A stretch of DNA of 62,911 nt, counting the filler. It is 4 parts of 4 records of this genome, joined end to end, with 100 filler letters (N's around TTAATTAATTAA, not from the genome) between each part and the next. Parts side by side here need not be neighbours in the genome. Positions count along the whole stretch, not along the records: positions 1 to 11,932 come from SRR31156797_28457; 3 more parts are not named here. One strand, given 5' to 3'. Shown here piece by piece: positions 1 to 11,645 of this stretch. A program made the translations under genes and the position numbers. How positions within the stretch are numbered: the first letter of the stretch is position 1; each line of letters begins with the position of its first letter. The notes under the pieces were generated by a model that saw nothing but the letters and a program-made list of their open reading frames with translations, ran no database searches and was not told where the DNA came from.

Positions 1-594
1 CATGGCCTCGATCTGGTCGTGGGTAACGTAAATAGTGGTCGTTGCCATGCGTAGGTGCATCTTGCGAAGTTCCATGCGCATCTGGGTTCTGAGCTGGGCA
101 TCAAGGTTCGAAAGCGGTTCATCAAACAAAAACACGTCAGGCTTGCGGACCATGGCACGGCCCATAGCGACACGCTGACGTTGCCCACCGGAAAGCTCTG
201 AGGGTTTGCGATCAAGGTAGGGACCAAGTTCAAGAACTTGAGCGGCCTCATTAACCTTGGCTTCGACATCCGCTTTGGACTTATTACGCATCTTCAGGGA
301 AAAACCCATATTCTCACGCACGGACATATGCGGATACAAGGCATAGTTCTGAAAAACCATGGCCACGTTACGGTCCTTGGGAGACACCTGATTGACCACA
401 CGGTCGCCAATAAGGACTTCACCACCAGATATGGCTTCCAACCCTGCAACCATACGCAGGACAGTGGATTTACCACAACCAGAAGGCCCGACAAGGACGA
501 TGAATTCATTATCCTTGATATCAAGGTCGATGCCGTGAACCACTTCCACGTCGCCGTACCGCTTGACCACTTTTTTCAACTCAACATTTGCCAT
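1..594 (-). CDS. Sugar ABC transporter ATP-binding subunit (MalK/UgpC type), 3' end beyond window
   Basis: Not in ORF track. Manual translation from ATG at 594: [24 protein letters not shown]...[10 protein letters not shown] (Walker A)...[13 protein letters not shown]...[14 protein letters not shown] (signature)...[12 protein letters not shown]. Confidence 0.95.
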   Translation of the reverse strand, partial: MANVELKKVVKRYGDVEVVHGIDLDIKDNEFIVLVGPSGCGKSTVLRMVAGLEAISGGEVLIGDRVVNQVSPKDRNVAMVFQNYALYPHMSVRENMGFSLKMRNKSKADVEAKVNEAAQVLELGPYLDRKPSELSGGQRQRVAMGRAMVRKPDVFLFDEPLSNLDAQLRTQMRMELRKMHLRMATTTIYVTHDQIEAM

Positions 595-629
595 ATCTGC
601 CGTCTCTTTAGGTTTCCTGATGCAATAAG

Positions 630-1673
630 CTATTTCACAAAAAACTTGAACAATATTGTCTGGAGAAACTCCTGCCCCGGTTCAAGGGACACCTCCGGGA
701 ATCCCGGTTGATTGGGAGCATCCACGAACCCTTGTGCTTCCAAACAAAATCCGGAGCGGGAATGATACATCAAACCACCCTTGCCCGGCAATGAATCCGG
801 GATGTAATCCCCCGAATAGAACTGCACTCCGGGACTGGTCGTCCAGACCTCCATCCCCCGTCCTGAGCCCGGCTCCAACACAGTGGCGGCCAGTCGCAAT
901 GTCGACGCGGAATCGTCCAATACATAATAATTATCGTACCCTCGACCATTGGTATTATCAGCAATCCGACGACCAATAGCCTCCGAATGCATAAAATCGA
1001 GATGTGTACCACTGACTTCTGTCATCTGCCCTGTGGGAATTAATGCGGTATCCACTTCCAATACGCGACTGGCTGGAATACACAATTCATGCCCCAGACA
1101 ATCCTTCCCCGGAAGTCCCGACAAATTGAAATAACTATGATGGGTTGTGTTCACGACAGTGGATTTATCCGTTGTGGCCTTAAAATCAAGACGCAGTCCA
1201 TCCGCAGTCAGAGTATATGAAGCCGAACATTCCAGCTTGCCGGGATACCCCATTTCCCGATCCGGGCTAACATGTCGCAAGCGTACACTTGGTCCTTCGT
1301 CAGTCTCTATCGACTCACTATCCCAGACCCGCTTATGAAAGCCATTGCAGCCACCATGCAGGTGATGCTCACCACAATTTTTCTCAAGTTCAAAGGACTT
1401 CTCATTTAATACAAAACGAGCATGACTGACCCGATTGGCAACCCGTCCAATCAGACAGCCGAAATACCATGGGTTCGCGACATATTCCTCCAAAGTATCA
1501 AAACCAAGTGTCACATCCGCCAAATTTCCATCCCGATCCGGCGCAGTCAGTCGTGTAAGGATTCCGCCATATGTAGCAATGGAGGCTTTCATACCGCCTG
1601 AATTGGTCAGGGTGAACAAATCCACCGGGGTTCCATCGTCCAAGGCACCCCATCGTGTGCGTTGAACACTCAT
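630..1673 (-). CDS. galM: Aldose 1-epimerase (galactose mutarotase)
   Basis: [23 protein letters not shown] and GFCLEAQ motifs; lies in the gal operon. Confidence 0.93.
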   Translation of the reverse strand: MSVQRTRWGALDDGTPVDLFTLTNSGGMKASIATYGGILTRLTAPDRDGNLADVTLGFDTLEEYVANPWYFGCLIGRVANRVSHARFVLNEKSFELEKNCGEHHLHGGCNGFHKRVWDSESIETDEGPSVRLRHVSPDREMGYPGKLECSASYTLTADGLRLDFKATTDKSTVVNTTHHSYFNLSGLPGKDCLGHELCIPASRVLEVDTALIPTGQMTEVSGTHLDFMHSEAIGRRIADNTNGRGYDNYYVLDDSASTLRLAATVLEPGSGRGMEVWTTSPGVQFYSGDYIPDSLPGKGGLMYHSRSGFCLEAQGFVDAPNQPGFPEVSLEPGQEFLQTILFKFFVK

Positions 1674-2692
1674 GACCGCCCCCTCGCCAAGGACGAACCA
1701 CGGACCAACAATTGGGTTTCCAATGTCACAGTCTCAGGCACAAAATTTTCACCAGCTTCAAACTGCTTAAGCAACAACTTCACAGCCATCCGTCCAATCT
1801 CGAATGCAGGCTGAAACACTGTGGTCAATGCCGGTTCGAGAAGCGCCGCAGCGGGCGTGTCTGAAAAACCGACAAGGGCCACGTCATCAGGGATTCGCAC
1901 CCCCGCTTCCTTAAAGCGTGTAAACAGGCCAACGGCCACAGGATCATTGATGGCAAGAATGGCCTCGGGCATTTCGTCCATGGCAAGATACTTTTCAGCC
2001 CCGTCTCGACCATCTTCTTCCCTGTACCCGCCATGCAAATGGAATTTGTCTTCCACAGTCAAACCATTATCACGCATGGCATCCCGATATCCCTCAAACC
2101 GATGTTGGTTCAAGGCTATACCGTCCTGTCCGGCAAGATGCCCGATACGTCGATAACCGGATTCTATAAGATGGGTCACGGCACCATACGCCGCACGATA
2201 ATCATCCACCACGACCTTGCTGGTATCCAATCCTTCCACAACCCTATCAAACTGCACTAATGGCACATTCTGACGAATGACACCGGAAAGATGTTCATGG
2301 TTCGTCGTTTCCGAAGAAATGGCGATAAGCAATCCTGCGACCTGATTGGCGACCAAGGCCTGAGTATTGATCATTTCACGGGCCAAAGTCTCGTTACTCT
2401 GACAAACCATAATAATGTAACCGTGTTCGTAGGCGACCTCTTCTATACCGCTGATGACGTTGGAAAAAAAATGATGACGAATTTCAGGAACAATAACGCC
2501 AATGGTGTTGCTCCGTTTTTTTTGCAGGGACTGGGCAAGCTGATTGGGCTGATAGTGATATTTTTCGGCAGCTTCAGTCACCTTGCGCTTGGTGGCCAAA
2601 CTGATGTCAGGGTGATCGCGCAAGGCACGGGACACCGTTGACGGAGAAACTCCAAGTTTCTTGGCGAGGTCCTTGATCGTAAACGAACTCAT
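1670..2692 (-). CDS. LacI-family transcriptional regulator
   Basis: N-terminal TIKDLAKKLGVSPSTVSRAL HTH plus sugar-binding domain; 4-nt overlaps with both neighbours. Confidence 0.95.
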   Translation of the reverse strand: MSSFTIKDLAKKLGVSPSTVSRALRDHPDISLATKRKVTEAAEKYHYQPNQLAQSLQKKRSNTIGVIVPEIRHHFFSNVISGIEEVAYEHGYIIMVCQSNETLAREMINTQALVANQVAGLLIAISSETTNHEHLSGVIRQNVPLVQFDRVVEGLDTSKVVVDDYRAAYGAVTHLIESGYRRIGHLAGQDGIALNQHRFEGYRDAMRDNGLTVEDKFHLHGGYREEDGRDGAEKYLAMDEMPEAILAINDPVAVGLFTRFKEAGVRIPDDVALVGFSDTPAAALLEPALTTVFQPAFEIGRMAVKLLLKQFEAGENFVPETVTLETQLLVRGSSLARGRS

Positions 2693-3999
2693 GAAGAAGG
2701 TGCTCCATGAAGATCATTCAGTCGAATACAATCCATACCCGGTTTACGAATTTTCAACGGCAAAACCGCTCCGGGCTTAAACACGCCATCCATGAAATCA
2801 CTATATTCCTGCACCAGTTCATTGGGAACATATGCCTGTATGGTCCCGGCGAAACCGCCGCCCTGGATACGCCACGCTCCCCTGCCGCCAAGAAAACGTT
2901 CAGTCAATGTCAAAGCCAAAGGAATCCCTTGCTCTAACGCATTGGTGGTGCTGATACAGTTTTGAAGCAATCGCCATGACGAATCACCGGACTGATTCAC
3001 CAACCGAAGAAAACCATCCATATCGCCCGTCTGCAACGCAACTGCCTGCTGTTGGGCTCTTTCGCTTTCCTCAATGAAATGAATCAGACGAAGTACCCCT
3101 CTGTCACCGGCTTCCATACGGATACCGGAGACATTCTCCATCACCTGTTGCACAGTCAAACCACGTGCCACATCCTGCCCCAGAACACGAGCAGCACGCC
3201 CCATTTCCTCGGGAATGGCGGCGTATTCAGGTGTCAGATCAGCATGACTCCCACCGGTATCCACTACCACAAGTTGATAACCGGCGGCCTCAAAATCAAA
3301 ATCAATTTGCGTCACTTGCGGGGTTTTCGGTGTCATGAAATCAATGGACAAAATCCCCTGAGTCGCACAGGCCAATTGGTCCATGAAACCACACGGTTTG
3401 CCAAAATGAATATTCTCGGCTTCACGACCGGCCGTAGCCAACTCCAACGACGTCCGCTTTCCCTCGCAATACAACTGGTTAAGAATCTGACCTATACAAA
3501 TCTCAAAAGCCGCCGAAGAACTCAGTCCTGATCCTATTGGGACATCACCTGATATACAGGCATCGAAACCACCGACATTCCACCCACGGCTCACGAATCC
3601 AGCGACAACGCCACGAACTAACGCAGTAGATGTCCCTTCTTCTTCGACTCGAGAGGCAAGGTCTGTACAGTCGACCTCAATGCTGTCGGAAAAACCTTCT
3701 GACCTCACGCGAATAACAGTCCCGTCCACAGGACACGCCGCAGCCAAACAGTCAAAATGTACGCCCGCGGCCAGGACCACACCGTTGTTATGGTCCGTGT
3801 GATTACCACCAAGCTCTGTTCGCCCCGGCGCAGTCACTAAAACAGCCCTGCTGCATCCACTCCATTTTTCCAATCGAGACAACAGGTTGCTATACCTCTG
3901 GCGTTGAATGAATAAAACAGAATCGCCATACAACTCAGTCAATGTTGCATCCAGGAAACCTGCGTTGAGCGCACGCAAATAGTCATGAATAAAAGCCAT
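2689..3999 (-). CDS. galK: Galactokinase (GHMP kinase)
   Basis: APGRTELGGNHTDHN, PIGSGLSSSA, GKPCGFMDQ and RIQGGGFAG motifs. Confidence 0.92.
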   Translation of the reverse strand: MAFIHDYLRALNAGFLDATLTELYGDSVLFIQRQRYSNLLSRLEKWSGCSRAVLVTAPGRTELGGNHTDHNNGVVLAAGVHFDCLAAACPVDGTVIRVRSEGFSDSIEVDCTDLASRVEEEGTSTALVRGVVAGFVSRGWNVGGFDACISGDVPIGSGLSSSAAFEICIGQILNQLYCEGKRTSLELATAGREAENIHFGKPCGFMDQLACATQGILSIDFMTPKTPQVTQIDFDFEAAGYQLVVVDTGGSHADLTPEYAAIPEEMGRAARVLGQDVARGLTVQQVMENVSGIRMEAGDRGVLRLIHFIEESERAQQQAVALQTGDMDGFLRLVNQSGDSSWRLLQNCISTTNALEQGIPLALTLTERFLGGRGAWRIQGGGFAGTIQAYVPNELVQEYSDFMDGVFKPGAVLPLKIRKPGMDCIRLNDLHGAPSS

Positions 4000-5048
4000 T
4001 ACCTCATCTCCAGATAATGCACTTCGCCCTGCTCTCGAAGACGAATGGCTGCGGCTTCGGCAGTCAAATCACGCTGAGGCATTGCCATCATTTCATAACC
4101 GACCATGAACTTCTTGACTGATTTTGATCGCAAAAGAGGTGGATAATAATGGATATGAAAATGCCAATGAGGATGCCCCTCGCCGTCGGAAGGAGCCTGA
4201 TGAATACCCATGGAATAAGGAAATGATGTCTGGAAAAGATTATCGTAACGAATATTCAACCGGACCATGGCATCGGCCAGATCATCCCGAATGGGAGCAT
4301 CCATTTCAAGGATGGATGTCATATGCTTCTTGGGCAAAATCATCGTCTCAAAAGGCCAGGTCGCCCAAAATGGCACCAAAACGACAAAAGAATCATTCTC
4401 AAAGATAATCCGCTCGCCCCGTTTTATTTCCGTCTCAAGATAGGAGCAGAGCAAGCAGGAATCATGCTCCTGAAAATATGCAGACTGCCGCCCACCTTCC
4501 GTGGCTGGATACATGGGCACATTCCGGGTGGCCCATATCTGTCCATGAGGATGCGGGTTGGAACACCCCATGACCGACCCTCGGTTTTCAAATATCTGAA
4601 CATAACCGATATCATCACGAACACCCAGCGCCTGAAATTCAGCACACCAGATATCCACAACCTTTCGCGCCTGAGCAGCACCGAGTCGTGCCAATGTCAA
4701 ATCATGACGGGGGGAATAACAGAGGACACGACACACGCCTGTCTCCGGTTCCGCTACCAGAAGGGAACCATTGTCAGAAGCAACTTCGGCCTCTTCCGGC
4801 ATATCCGGTAAAAGAGCTGCAAAATCATTGGTGAAAACAAATGTTTCTTCGTAGGCAGGATTGACCGCGCCACCCGCACGGACATTGCCGGGGCAGAGAT
4901 AACAACTGTCGTCGTACTCAGGAAGAGTCGCCAGATCTGGCTCCTCCTGTTGCCCTTGCCAAGGACGCTTGGTTCTATGGGGCGAAACAAGCACCCACTC
5001 ACCTGTAAGTTGATTCAACCGCCTGTGCGGATTGTCTTCGAAATTCAT
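3999..5048 (-). CDS. galT: Galactose-1-phosphate uridylyltransferase
   Basis: [32 protein letters not shown] and [10 protein letters not shown] active site. ATG at 5048 preferred over TTG at 5075. Confidence 0.96.
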   Translation of the reverse strand: MNFEDNPHRRLNQLTGEWVLVSPHRTKRPWQGQQEEPDLATLPEYDDSCYLCPGNVRAGGAVNPAYEETFVFTNDFAALLPDMPEEAEVASDNGSLLVAEPETGVCRVLCYSPRHDLTLARLGAAQARKVVDIWCAEFQALGVRDDIGYVQIFENRGSVMGCSNPHPHGQIWATRNVPMYPATEGGRQSAYFQEHDSCLLCSYLETEIKRGERIIFENDSFVVLVPFWATWPFETMILPKKHMTSILEMDAPIRDDLADAMVRLNIRYDNLFQTSFPYSMGIHQAPSDGEGHPHWHFHIHYYPPLLRSKSVKKFMVGYEMMAMPQRDLTAEAAAIRLREQGEVHYLEMR

Positions 5049-5097
5049 TATTTTCCCCGCAATCCCACTATCCAATCCCTCTCTTCAAGGGCTTTTC

Positions 5098-5130
5098 GCA
5101 AACGTTACCGCAAACGTTTGCAGAACGTTA
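5098..5130. promoter_or_regulatory. Tandem LacI-family operator upstream of galT
   Basis: Perfect palindrome GCAAACGTTTGC (5110-5121), preceded by GCAAACGTTACC (5098-5109) and followed by AGAACGTTA. Central AAnCGnTT is the LacI/PurR-type core. Confidence 0.8.
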
Positions 5131-5394
5131 GAAAAAAAACACGAAATCGTCACATTGTCAATATACCGGCCTGTTTTTTCAGTACACCCAGTAAAAACTC
5201 TGCAACTTAATTCATTTTATTTAAACTGAAATAACAGAATATTAAGAAGTAGATAGTCCCAATCATATCATATTTTTAGAAGTCTTCAGCCAACAATTCC
5301 TTCTGGAGACGGAACGTAAAAAACGTACCATGAGAGCCTATCCCCCGAAAGTCACAAACTTTCCCATGACAAAGGCAATCACGACATGGGAAAT

Positions 5395-6198
5395 TCACAA
5401 CCCTGATTTATCCTCGAAATAGTCCGTCATAATTTGTTGGTACCGTCCACTTTCTTTCAGCCAACGAAGGCCATTATTAAATTTCTCCACCAATTCAAGC
5501 CCGGACGGTATTCGCCTGGAAATAATAAGATGAGACGCCCCCTTCCGTATTGGATGAGGGTGCACAACAACATGCGTCGCGTCAGGAAACCAGTTTTCCA
5601 GAATATGCAAACCAACTTCCTTATTACAGACAAACAGGTCGACCCTCCCGGCCACAAGCATTCTCATACCCTGCACATACCCTCGTGTCGTATGGATTTC
5701 CCCCGTACCGTTCTTGACCACTTTGGTAAACGTCTTCTGCGCAAGATCGCCCAACGCCGTCGCAATACGCATATCCTTGACGTCCTCTACGTTTTCCCAA
5801 TCAAATCCATTGTACCGATTATAGAAAAAGACTGTTTCCGACTCCATAACCGAATCACTGTAGAAAAAAATCTTTTCCCTTTCCCCACTTTTCAACCACC
5901 CTACAGAACCGGTTACCTCGCCATGGCTGGCCTTTTCATATGCACGTTTCCACGGCAGGCATTCGTACACAACCTCAACTCCTGAGAAGCGAAAAGCCTC
6001 TTCATATATAATTGAAGCCACTCCCTTTCCCGGAAGCTTTGAAGAGTGATAGGGGGGCCATTCTCCATATGTCAGAACGACTGTTTCCGCGGCCAAAGAG
6101 GGGACGATAAACATCATGAGAGACAGCACAAAACTGAAAACGAATTGCATACAGCACTTCAAATTCAAAGACTCCTTTGCAATCAATCCGTAGCTCAA
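5395..6198 (-). CDS. Family 3-type periplasmic substrate-binding protein
   Basis: Signal-like hydrophobic N-terminus; GEWPPY, LPWKRA, ML..GRVDLF and FNNGL..LKESGRY..I motifs. True start may be downstream of 6198. Confidence 0.8.
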   Translation of the reverse strand: MSYGLIAKESLNLKCCMQFVFSFVLSLMMFIVPSLAAETVVLTYGEWPPYHSSKLPGKGVASIIYEEAFRFSGVEVVYECLPWKRAYEKASHGEVTGSVGWLKSGEREKIFFYSDSVMESETVFFYNRYNGFDWENVEDVKDMRIATALGDLAQKTFTKVVKNGTGEIHTTRGYVQGMRMLVAGRVDLFVCNKEVGLHILENWFPDATHVVVHPHPIRKGASHLIISRRIPSGLELVEKFNNGLRWLKESGRYQQIMTDYFEDKSGL

Positions 6199-6404
6199 TA
6201 AAGGAAAGACTTACTATGAATATACCACCATAAAAAAACCATGGCGATTATAAGTAAATCATTTCAATTCCCCAAAAGTGGGCAGTCGACTACAGACGAT
6301 GATTGGGACCCACGTGATAAAACCAAATTTCTCGCTTGCAGATCATACCATTCACGATATATTGAGGCCAACCGTTCACCGTCAAACCGATGAAGAGGTT
6401 CTTC

Positions 6405-7406
6405 ATGAAAAAAATACGTTTCGGCATCCTTTCCACAGCCAAAATCGCCCGGACAAAAGTCATTCCCGCCATGCAAAAGGGAGAATTCACTGAAGTCACG
6501 GCCATAGCTTCGCGCACACTGGAAAATGCACAGAAAGCCGCCGAAGAACTGGGAATTGCCAAAGCGTATGGTAGCTACGAGAAACTGTTGGCCGACAAGC
6601 AGATTGATGCCGTTTACATCCCTCTGCCAAACCACCTCCATGTAGAGTGGACTCTCAAAGCCATGGACAAAGGTAAACACGTCCTGTGTGAAAAGCCCAT
6701 GGGATTGACCAGTGGTGAAGTAAACAGACTTATCAACGCCACAGTTACGGCCCCGGATGCCAAAGTTATGGAAGGCTTCATGTATCGATTCCATCCGCAA
6801 TGGATCGAAGCAAAGCGACTGGTAGACGAAGGGCAAATAGGTGACTTGGTCACCATCCAATCCTTTTTTTCCTACTTCAATACAGACCCTGACAATATTC
6901 GAAACAAGGCGGACCTCGGCGGTGGGGCCCTCATGGATATCGGATGCTATCCTGTGTCCCTGTCTCGATTCATTTTCAATGCTCAGCCTCGTCGCGCCAT
7001 GAGTTTCATGAATCAGGACCCCGAATTCGGTACGGATCGCGTATTTTCAGGCATGTTGGATTTCAATGGAAGGATTGCAACATTCACATGTTCCACTCAA
7101 GTAGCCGATTATCAGCGGGTTAATATTTTGGGCACGACTGGACGAATCGAAATCCTCATCCCGTTTAATGCCCCGCCGGACGAACCATGTACGATTCTCC
7201 TTCAACAAGGAGCCAAAAAGGAAATGACGGTGCAACCCCTTTCCTTTGATCCTTGTGATCAATACACCCTGCAAGGCGACGCTTTTGCCAGAGCTATTCT
7301 TGATGACACACGACCACCGGCCACCCTCATGGATGCATTCGACAACATGCACGTCATCGACGCTCTGGTGAAGAGCGCACAAACAGGTCAATGGGAACGG
7401 AGCTAA
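6405..7406 (+). CDS. Gfo/Idh/MocA family oxidoreductase
   Basis: IRFGILSTAKIA, YIPLPNHLH, HVLCEKP and GGGALMDIGCY motifs. Confidence 0.92.
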   Translation: MKKIRFGILSTAKIARTKVIPAMQKGEFTEVTAIASRTLENAQKAAEELGIAKAYGSYEKLLADKQIDAVYIPLPNHLHVEWTLKAMDKGKHVLCEKPMGLTSGEVNRLINATVTAPDAKVMEGFMYRFHPQWIEAKRLVDEGQIGDLVTIQSFFSYFNTDPDNIRNKADLGGGALMDIGCYPVSLSRFIFNAQPRRAMSFMNQDPEFGTDRVFSGMLDFNGRIATFTCSTQVADYQRVNILGTTGRIEILIPFNAPPDEPCTILLQQGAKKEMTVQPLSFDPCDQYTLQGDAFARAILDDTRPPATLMDAFDNMHVIDALVKSAQTGQWERS

Positions 7407-9703
7407 ACGTTTACTTTCTTTTTTTTCTGGACCACTTGACGTAATGATTTCAGGAGATCTTCTGTTTCAAGCGGTTTGGGAAGGTAGCCATCCATCCCCG
7501 CATCCAGAAGCTTTTCCCGATCTCCAGCCATGGTAAAAGCGGTCAAAGCATAAATAGGGACATCACGCCGGGACTCGCCAGCTTCTCCATTTCTGATACT
7601 CTTGGTGGCCGCCACTCCATCCATAACCGGCATTTGTACATCCATAAAAATGGCGTCAAACAGCTGGCTGCGCAACATTTCAACCGCTTTCAACCCGTTG
7701 GAAACAACCTGCACCGTACATCCTGCCTCTTGCAGAAAACGTTTACCAACAAGACTATTAACTCGATCATCTTCAGCCAATAAAATATCAAGTTCGAACC
7801 TCTCTCCATCCTCACCCACCAAGTCGACGGACGTTGTCAGCTCTTGCGATGAAGACTCCCCAAACGGCAACACCATGTGGATGGCACTTCCCGCACCGAC
7901 CTCACTCTCCACAGACATGCTGCCCCCCATAAGAGTCACCAAGCGCCTACAGATGGACAACCCAAGCCCTGCGCCCTGATACTTACGGGTGAAGCCCTGA
8001 CTTCCTTGTACAAATGGCTCAAACAGAGAATCAATTTTATCCTTGCTTATACCTATTCCAGTATCCACAACGGAAAAATATACTCGATGCTCTCCCGGTC
8101 TCACAGGGGAAAGAACAGCGACCTCTACACAAACCTCCCCGACATCGGTATATTTGAGAGCATTACCCACAAGATTAATAAGTACCTGTTGAAGACGCGC
8201 ACCGTCACCAACCATAAAATGCGGCACGTCATCACCCATAATGCAACGCAGTTCAACGCTGTCGGCATTAAATGAAAGATGAAAAAGATCAAAAACCTGT
8301 TTTATCAAATCCGTAAGGTTGAATGGGGCCCTTTCCATCTCCATCATTCCCGCTTCTACACGAGACAAATCAAGAATGTCGGAAAGCAATCGGTTGAGCC
8401 TCACGGCAGAATCCAATCCAGCCTGAGCATACTCATTCTGATCATCATCAAGTTCAGTGCCCAACATGAGAGACAGCATCCCTTGAATCCCATTGAGTGG
8501 AGTTCGAATTTCATGGCTCATGTTTGCCAAGAATTCAGACTTGGTCTCATTGGCCGCTTCAGCCTGCTCCTTGGCTTCAATCAATTGATTATGGATACGC
8601 TTTATTTCGGACAGGTCCACATCCAGACAATACATGAATTTATCACCAGTCGCGGTTTGCTGCATGACGTGTGAAGAGTATACCGATACGGAATAGCCAT
8701 CCTTGTGAACCAATTCCAATTCTCCAGCCGGAATCGCCACACCATCGGACAACCACTCTTCATGGCCTGCCTTCACCGCCTCGCGCATAGAATCTGGAAT
8801 TATCAAATCCTCCAGCAGTTCCCCCATGGCTTCTTCCCGGCTGTATCCATACAATTGTTCACTGGCTGGGTTCCAATACACAACCCGACGATCATGATCA
8901 TATCCCTGCACCGCGATCATGTTCACGTTCTCAAATATCTCCCTGAAACGCTGTTCACTCTCCAAAACAGCCTCTCGAGCGAGCTTCCGATCTGTAACAT
9001 CTTCAAGGCGCCCCAAGATTAAAATCTGGTCCCTTCCCTTATCCTGCGTCAACACAGTGGTCATGACATACCAGCGGCCAGTCGCTCCATGAAAAAACTC
9101 TTCACTATGTGAGCGACCTGTTCGCAAAGTTTTCAAGGCCGGACAATCTTTGCATTCCTCACCGTCTCTTTCAACGATCTGATGGCATTTCATTCCCCGA
9201 ATATCGGCATCAGGGAAAAGGACCTGCATTTGCCTGTTGTGCCACGCAACGGTCAAATCGGGATAACACAACACCAACCCCACATTGAGTGAATTCAAGA
9301 CACTGTCAAACCGATCACGCTCGACCACGACTCTCGAATACATGTTTTTTACTTCTGTAATATCACGGCCAACGAGATACACACCAAGTATCTGTCCTTC
9401 ATCCCCACGACATGGGGTGTATCTGACATCCATATGTCGCCCGCCCATCCCGGGAAAATCTATCCATCCTTCGAAGTGGACGTCTTCACCGGCAAGACAC
9501 TGCTCAAGGTATGCCTTTATGGTTGAATCAAAAACATCCTCTCCGATCACACAGGAGACGTGTGTTCCAATGATATCCTCTTGAGAAACGTCCCAATATC
9601 GACAATATTCCCGATTCACCGCAACATAATGTAATTTTTTATCAACGAACCCGATGACATCATGGAGTTGATCAAAAACTTCCTGCACCCCGCGAAAGTC
9701 CAT
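7403..9703 (-). CDS. PAS-domain hybrid sensor histidine kinase/response regulator
   Basis: Three PAS-like regions, FLANMSHEIRTPLN H-box, GAGLGL G2 box, receiver with MDVQMP. Confidence 0.95.
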   Translation of the reverse strand: MDFRGVQEVFDQLHDVIGFVDKKLHYVAVNREYCRYWDVSQEDIIGTHVSCVIGEDVFDSTIKAYLEQCLAGEDVHFEGWIDFPGMGGRHMDVRYTPCRGDEGQILGVYLVGRDITEVKNMYSRVVVERDRFDSVLNSLNVGLVLCYPDLTVAWHNRQMQVLFPDADIRGMKCHQIVERDGEECKDCPALKTLRTGRSHSEEFFHGATGRWYVMTTVLTQDKGRDQILILGRLEDVTDRKLAREAVLESEQRFREIFENVNMIAVQGYDHDRRVVYWNPASEQLYGYSREEAMGELLEDLIIPDSMREAVKAGHEEWLSDGVAIPAGELELVHKDGYSVSVYSSHVMQQTATGDKFMYCLDVDLSEIKRIHNQLIEAKEQAEAANETKSEFLANMSHEIRTPLNGIQGMLSLMLGTELDDDQNEYAQAGLDSAVRLNRLLSDILDLSRVEAGMMEMERAPFNLTDLIKQVFDLFHLSFNADSVELRCIMGDDVPHFMVGDGARLQQVLINLVGNALKYTDVGEVCVEVAVLSPVRPGEHRVYFSVVDTGIGISKDKIDSLFEPFVQGSQGFTRKYQGAGLGLSICRRLVTLMGGSMSVESEVGAGSAIHMVLPFGESSSQELTTSVDLVGEDGERFELDILLAEDDRVNSLVGKRFLQEAGCTVQVVSNGLKAVEMLRSQLFDAIFMDVQMPVMDGVAATKSIRNGEAGESRRDVPIYALTAFTMAGDREKLLDAGMDGYLPKPLETEDLLKSLRQVVQKKKKVNV

Positions 9704-9854
9704 TGCAAGCCTCTCATTGCCACATGATTAATGGATTTCTGAAAACAAATTTCACTCATATAACGATACGCCATCACCAATAAATCGCAAGTTTTAGTTA
9801 GAACTGAAATGAAAAAAACTCTATAATGGTCTGGTAAATTTCCTGTCCATAAAC

Positions 9855-9892
9855 AGGACCTCCCCAACACCCAATGGCGTTAGGGAGGTCCT
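9855..9892 (-). terminator. Probable intrinsic terminator after the 5'-nucleotidase gene
   Basis: Minus strand AGGACCTCCCTAACGCC-ATTG-GGTGTTGGGGAGGTCCT hairpin (G-U pairs only work on this strand), followed by GTTTAT. Confidence 0.7.
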
Positions 9893-9917
9893 ACTGAATA
9901 AACCCTTTCGGTTTCGT

Positions 9918-11645
9918 CTATTTTGCGGGAATAAAGGTCACGTTCGCGGAGTCTAAAGGCGAAAGAGTCTTCATCCTCTTGACGTATTCAATAAACGCCA
10001 CAGCATCAACGAACCCGGTGTCATACCGTTGAGCGGCGTTCTTCATAACGGTATAGCCATCACCCCCACCGGCGAGATAGGTATTCGTGACCACTCGATA
10101 TGAACGTCGGGGATCAAACGATTTCCATTGCCCGCCCTTCCCTTTGATTTCCAAACTTGCAACACGATCACCATCAGGTTTGTTCATGTCTGCAGTATAC
10201 CGTGCGCCGCGCACATACGGAAAAGCTCCGCCACCACGAGTCACGCCGGTTTCCAGTGCAATCTTCACCTGAGCACCGGTCATATCCATGACATTAAGGG
10301 TGTTGTTAAACGGCATAAGCGTATAAGCCGTGCCCACGGTCATGTTGCCTCGGGGGACCGAATCACGCACTCCACCGCCGTTGAGCAAGGCAATGTCCAC
10401 ATCTTCACCAGTAGATGCCATCTTGGCGAGCATGCTTTGGCAGACTATCGGAGCTATCAAACTGCCGTGGGGCAAAGAAAGCCCGGATTCATCAATTCCC
10501 GGCACTCTGATATGCGACAAAGTTTGAGCAGCAACACCGATAACATCAGTACGCATTGCATTGACGCCGTCTCTGAACGGATCAAGAAACGCTTCCGACA
10601 CAGTATCTTTGGAAACCACGCTTGCGACCGGGCTCTTCTCAATGAACTCCAACACTTTCTCTCGCTCAACACCTTCAAGCTCAACTTTCTTCTTATCTTT
10701 ATTCTTGCGCTTGAAGGTGTCCGCCAACAGCATCACGGGGTCGCCCTTCGCGGCTGTCACCCGTCCATTATCGTCGAAAGTTACATCCAGACGACCAAGG
10801 ACACGACCCCATTTCCATGCCGTGACAACATACACATCATTCCCATCAACCCCTTTGACGACCACCGGATACGTGTCGTCAGGCTTCTTCCCTAACTCTT
10901 CCATTGCATCGGAATCCCCCAGCAAGGAGTGGGAATGCCCCCCCACGATGACATCCACCCCTGACACAGTGGCAGCAAGCTGCTTGTCAGCATCCAGCCC
11001 CACGTGTGTCAGCAAAATAATCTTGTTGATGCCCTGCGCTTCCAGTTCCTTGATATACTGTCGGGCTGTCTCGGCTTCATCGGCAAAAACAACATTGCCG
11101 GGGCTGGAAATGACTGCGGTTTCTTTGGTGGTCAACCCGATGATGCCGACCCTTTCCTCTCCGTATGAAGCAATGAAATATGGAACAACTTTACTCGCCA
11201 ATGCGGGAGTAGCCGAGGCATCCACATTCGCGCTGACCACGGGAACCGTAGTATATTTGAGAAATCCCGCCAAAAAATCCGGCCCCTTGTCAAACTCATG
11301 ATTCCCCAAGGTCATGGCCGTAAAATCAAGCCTGTTCAGAAACTCCATTTCAGGCTTGCCGCCATATTTCATGAAATAAAGGTCACCCTGCACAGCATCT
11401 CCGGCATGCAAAAGCGCCACATTATGAACCTGACCACGCACACAAGAAACAGCGGTCTGCAATCGCGCCCACGCCCCTATTTTGACATACGTGGACTTCC
11501 CTTCCGGCTTCAATTCATCCTTTGTCGCATCCAGATACGAATGGGAGTCATTGACGTGCAATACTGTCAGGTCGAAACTCCACGCAGGGCCAGCAAGCAC
11601 TATCACGGACATAAAAACAGCCACAAAGCCCCATTTTCTCACCAT
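9918..11645 (-). CDS. Periplasmic 5'-nucleotidase / NAD nucleotidase (UshA/NadN family)
   Basis: Signal peptide; HVNDSHS, AGDAVQG, LGNHEFD, GGHSH and NGGGVR motifs. ATG at 11645 follows GAGGAGG. Confidence 0.93.
   Translation of the reverse strand: MVRKWGFVAVFMSVIVLAGPAWSFDLTVLHVNDSHSYLDATKDELKPEGKSTYVKIGAWARLQTAVSCVRGQVHNVALLHAGDAVQGDLYFMKYGGKPEMEFLNRLDFTAMTLGNHEFDKGPDFLAGFLKYTTVPVVSANVDASATPALASKVVPYFIASYGEERVGIIGLTTKETAVISSPGNVVFADEAETARQYIKELEAQGINKIILLTHVGLDADKQLAATVSGVDVIVGGHSHSLLGDSDAMEELGKKPDDTYPVVVKGVDGNDVYVVTAWKWGRVLGRLDVTFDDNGRVTAAKGDPVMLLADTFKRKNKDKKKVELEGVEREKVLEFIEKSPVASVVSKDTVSEAFLDPFRDGVNAMRTDVIGVAAQTLSHIRVPGIDESGLSLPHGSLIAPIVCQSMLAKMASTGEDVDIALLNGGGVRDSVPRGNMTVGTAYTLMPFNNTLNVMDMTGAQVKIALETGVTRGGGAFPYVRGARYTADMNKPDGDRVASLEIKGKGGQWKSFDPRRSYRVVTNTYLAGGGDGYTVMKNAAQRYDTGFVDAVAFIEYVKRMKTLSPLDSANVTFIPAK

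Noticed and set aside
238-711. 157-aa plus-strand ORF
   Set aside because: Antisense to the real ABC ATPase (594 to <1), which the track missed.
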